A DNA stretch of 35,406 nt from Octopus sinensis (Eukaryota): assembly GCF_006345805.1 (NCBI RefSeq), contig NW_021828065.1, positions 1 through 35,406 on the forward strand. Reading direction: 5' to 3'. The notes beneath the pieces were generated by a model. The model was not told where the DNA came from. It saw only the letters and a program-made list of their open reading frames with translations, and did not search any database. Of this stretch, positions 32,700 through 35,406 are shown in pieces. Made by a program: the position numbers and the translations under genes. Each line of letters starts with the position of its first letter. Position 1 is the first letter of the stretch.

Positions 32700-33850
32700 C
32701 AATAATAATAATGATAATAATAATAATAATAAGTCTCTAACATGGGCACAAGGCCTGAAATTTAGAGAGGCAGATTAATCAATACCATTGACCCTAGTAC
32801 ATGACTGGTACTTAATTTTATTGACCTCAGAAAGGCAGATTCAGCTTCGAGAGGATTTCAAATTGGAACGAAACGGGAAATGAGTAAATGCCCCAAGAGC
32901 ATTTTAATTATCGCACCAATAATAATTATAATAATGATAATGATTTGAATAAAGGGAAAAGGCCATCAATTGTGTAGAGAGGGAATAGGAGGAGAAAAAG
33001 AGGGATAGATTCTATGAAAATCGACCCAGCACATAACTGGTATCTTATTTGTATTTAATCAGTCAACTTTCTAGGGAAGACTGAAAGGGAAATTTTAACT
33101 TCTGTGAGATTTGAACCCAGCAAATAGGGGATGGAGGGCAAAGTAAAAATGAATACTGATTTGGTCTGGGGCTTTCCCAAGATAATCATTGTTTCTAAGA
33201 TAGCCACAAACTTGGAAGGAAGGGTTTAGGGGAATAAACCAAATCCTATACTTAACTGGTGTTTTACCAAGCCAAGGGAAATAGAAGGTAAACTTGATCT
33301 TATTGGGATTTGAACTCAGAATGTAAAGAGCTGGAATAAATAGCACAAAGCATTTTGTCCAATGCTCCAACGATTCTGCTAATCCACTACCTATAGAATA
33401 ATAATAATAATAATCCTTTCTACTATAAGCACAAGACCTGAAATTTTGGGGAAGGCAGGGGGTAGTCAATTACATCGACCCCTAGTGTTCAACTGGTCCT
33501 TATTTAATCAAACCTGAAAGGACGAAAGGCAAAATTGACCTTGGCAGAATTTGAACTCAGAATGTAAAGATGAACAAAATACCGCTAGGCACTTTGTCCA
33601 GGGTGTTAACAGTTCTACCAGCTTGCTGCCATAATAATAATAATAATAATAATAATAATTGTTTCTACCATAGGCATAAGGCCTGAAATTTTGTGGGAAC
33701 TTGGCATTGGTGAGATTTGAACTCACAACAAATGAAACCTAACACTGATACAAGGCCAAGGTTTCTTGAAGTGCCAGGGTAGAAGAGAGAAGAGAGAGAG
33801 AGAGACAGAGCAGATTGAAACGGATTTCAGTACTTCACTGGTACTCTTAT
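32700..33850 (-). mobile_element. Cluster of head-to-tail SINE family B copies and fragments separated by (AAT)n
   Basis: Tail motif cacaaggcctgaaatttt at ~32747, ~33430 and ~33675, each preceded by (aat)n. tttgaact/cc B-box-like motifs occur at ~33110, ~33309, ~33550 and ~33716. The best copy is 33410-33632. Confidence 0.8.
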
Positions 33851-34124
33851 AATAATAATAATGATAATAATAATAATAATAATGATAATAAAAATAATTT
33901 CTTACATATCAAAAAAATATATATATAAACCCCAAGAAAAAAGATCAACTATTAAAAAAAACAACAAAAACAAAACAACAACAATAATGACAAAAACAAA
34001 CAACAAAAAAGGAAGGGGGAACAAAAAACAAAAAACAAAGACATTTTACTGTTTTTAAGAAAGAATGAAAATATCAAAAAGTGGAGGCAAAATAATTGGA
34101 TATAGAGAGAGTGTTTAGGCAAAA

Positions 34125-34282
34125 GTGTGTGTGTGTGTGTGTTTATATATATATATATATACACACACACATATATATATACACATATATATATATACAC
34201 ACACACATATATATATATACACGTATATATACACACATATATGTAAATGTATATATATACACAAATATGTATATAGATTATA

Positions 34283-34314
<32 letters not shown>

Positions 34315-34502
34315 CACGTATATATACACACATATGTACATACACATTTTATATATACATACAACTATGTATATAGATTATATGTGTGTGTATATATATA
34401 TATTTCTATACACACATATGTACATACACATTTTATATATACATACAAATATGTATATAGATTATATGTGTGTGTATATATACATACATGCATATACATA
34501 TA
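34125..34502. repeat. Compound TA/CA microsatellite with ~90-100-bp higher-order repeat
   Basis: tatgtatatagattatatgtgtgtgtatatata occurs three times (~34266, ~34366, ~34450). Confidence 0.9.
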
Positions 34503-35117
34503 AGATACAGATTACTTGAATTGCAGAATGAGGGAAACAACACTAAAATAGTAATAAAATATTAATCAGTGTGTGTGTGTGTATGTGTGTGTGTGTGTTA
34601 AGAAGTTATTGTATGTACAAGTTTGTGTGTGTATGCAAGCGTATGTGAGCAGTGTGTGTCTGTCCAATCATTTCATTGTGTTACTGCCAGAGGCTCTTCT
34701 GGTCACTAAGCCCTAAAGTGTTTCTTCAAGTAAAGAATTGTTTATTTCACTCAGCTTTGAAAGTGCACAGCTATAAAGGACGATTTTTTTCATTTCTGCT
34801 TCTTTTTTTGGCCAAGTAATGCCAACAGACATCATTGGTTTATACATACATATATCTTTTAAATTTGTTTATGGAAAACATTTTAAATATGCCAGTAAAA
34901 CTCCTCTTCCGTTCTGCTGGCCACAGTCCAATGATGCTGACAGGTGAACCAGTTTTTAGGGGTTGAACTGAGCTGTACTAATTAATAAATTCCAACCAAG
35001 GATTACTGTTCTTATTTCTATATACATATATTAGTTGAAACCTTTCATAAGAACTGCAGACTTTCAGTCACACGGACACATGTGTACCACACACACACAC
35101 ACACACACATTTACATA

Positions 35118-35280
35118 GATGACAGGCTTCCATACTGATAACATTTACCAATTCCGGCCATGCGGTACTTGTTGGTTTAAGTCTACAGTAGGAGACATTT
35201 GCCAAAGGTACCATGCACTGGGATGGAACTTGCGACCTTGTGGTAACAAAGCGAACTTTATAATCACAATTATGCCTGCA
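35118..35280 (-). mobile_element. Old, degenerate SINE family A copy (5' part)
   Basis: gatgacaggcttcc...agtaggagacatttgccaaaggtaccatgcactgggatggaact aligns by eye to gacgggcttc...gaagacacttgcccaaggtgccacgcagtgggactgaacc. Confidence 0.6.
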
Positions 35281-35297
35281 CTAAAACAGACATTACA

Positions 35298-35332
<35 letters not shown>

Positions 35333-35406
35333 AATGAGTAGTGTGTGTGATGATGTGATAGTATAAGCGTGATCATGTGTGGCTAGGAGAGAGCATGATG
35401 GAATGT

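Overview
This is a gene-poor, AT-rich animal genomic window made almost entirely of (TA)n/(CA)n/(GA)n/(AAT)n microsatellites and decayed or nested transposable elements. The tRNA-derived SINE families and LINE fragments look like octopus (cephalopod) repeats; this is inference from recognition, not a database result. No conserved host gene is recognisable. Retroelement remnants are CR1-like, L1/Tx1, HERO-like, RTE and Penelope fragments, a gag/ORF1-like zinc-knuckle region, and an internally deleted Ty3/Gypsy element inserted (ATAT target-site duplication, TSD) into a deleted mariner. DNA transposon remnants are a Tc1 element, a hAT (ZMYM1-like) transposase pseudogene, a hAT MITE and further mariner fragments. 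The most unusual items are: (1) a ~240-bp inverted repeat whose arms carry a minimal hammerhead-ribozyme motif (2201-2881); (2) an orphan acidic ORF built from 11-aa repeats (13464-14109, minus); (3) an ORF1-only element broken mainly at A-runs; (4) two tandem arrays, one young with a 50-bp unit and one old with a ~100-118-bp unit; (5) a second ~115-bp inverted repeat; (6) an RTE fragment with twin-priming-like geometry. Boundaries were read by eye and are approximate unless stated.
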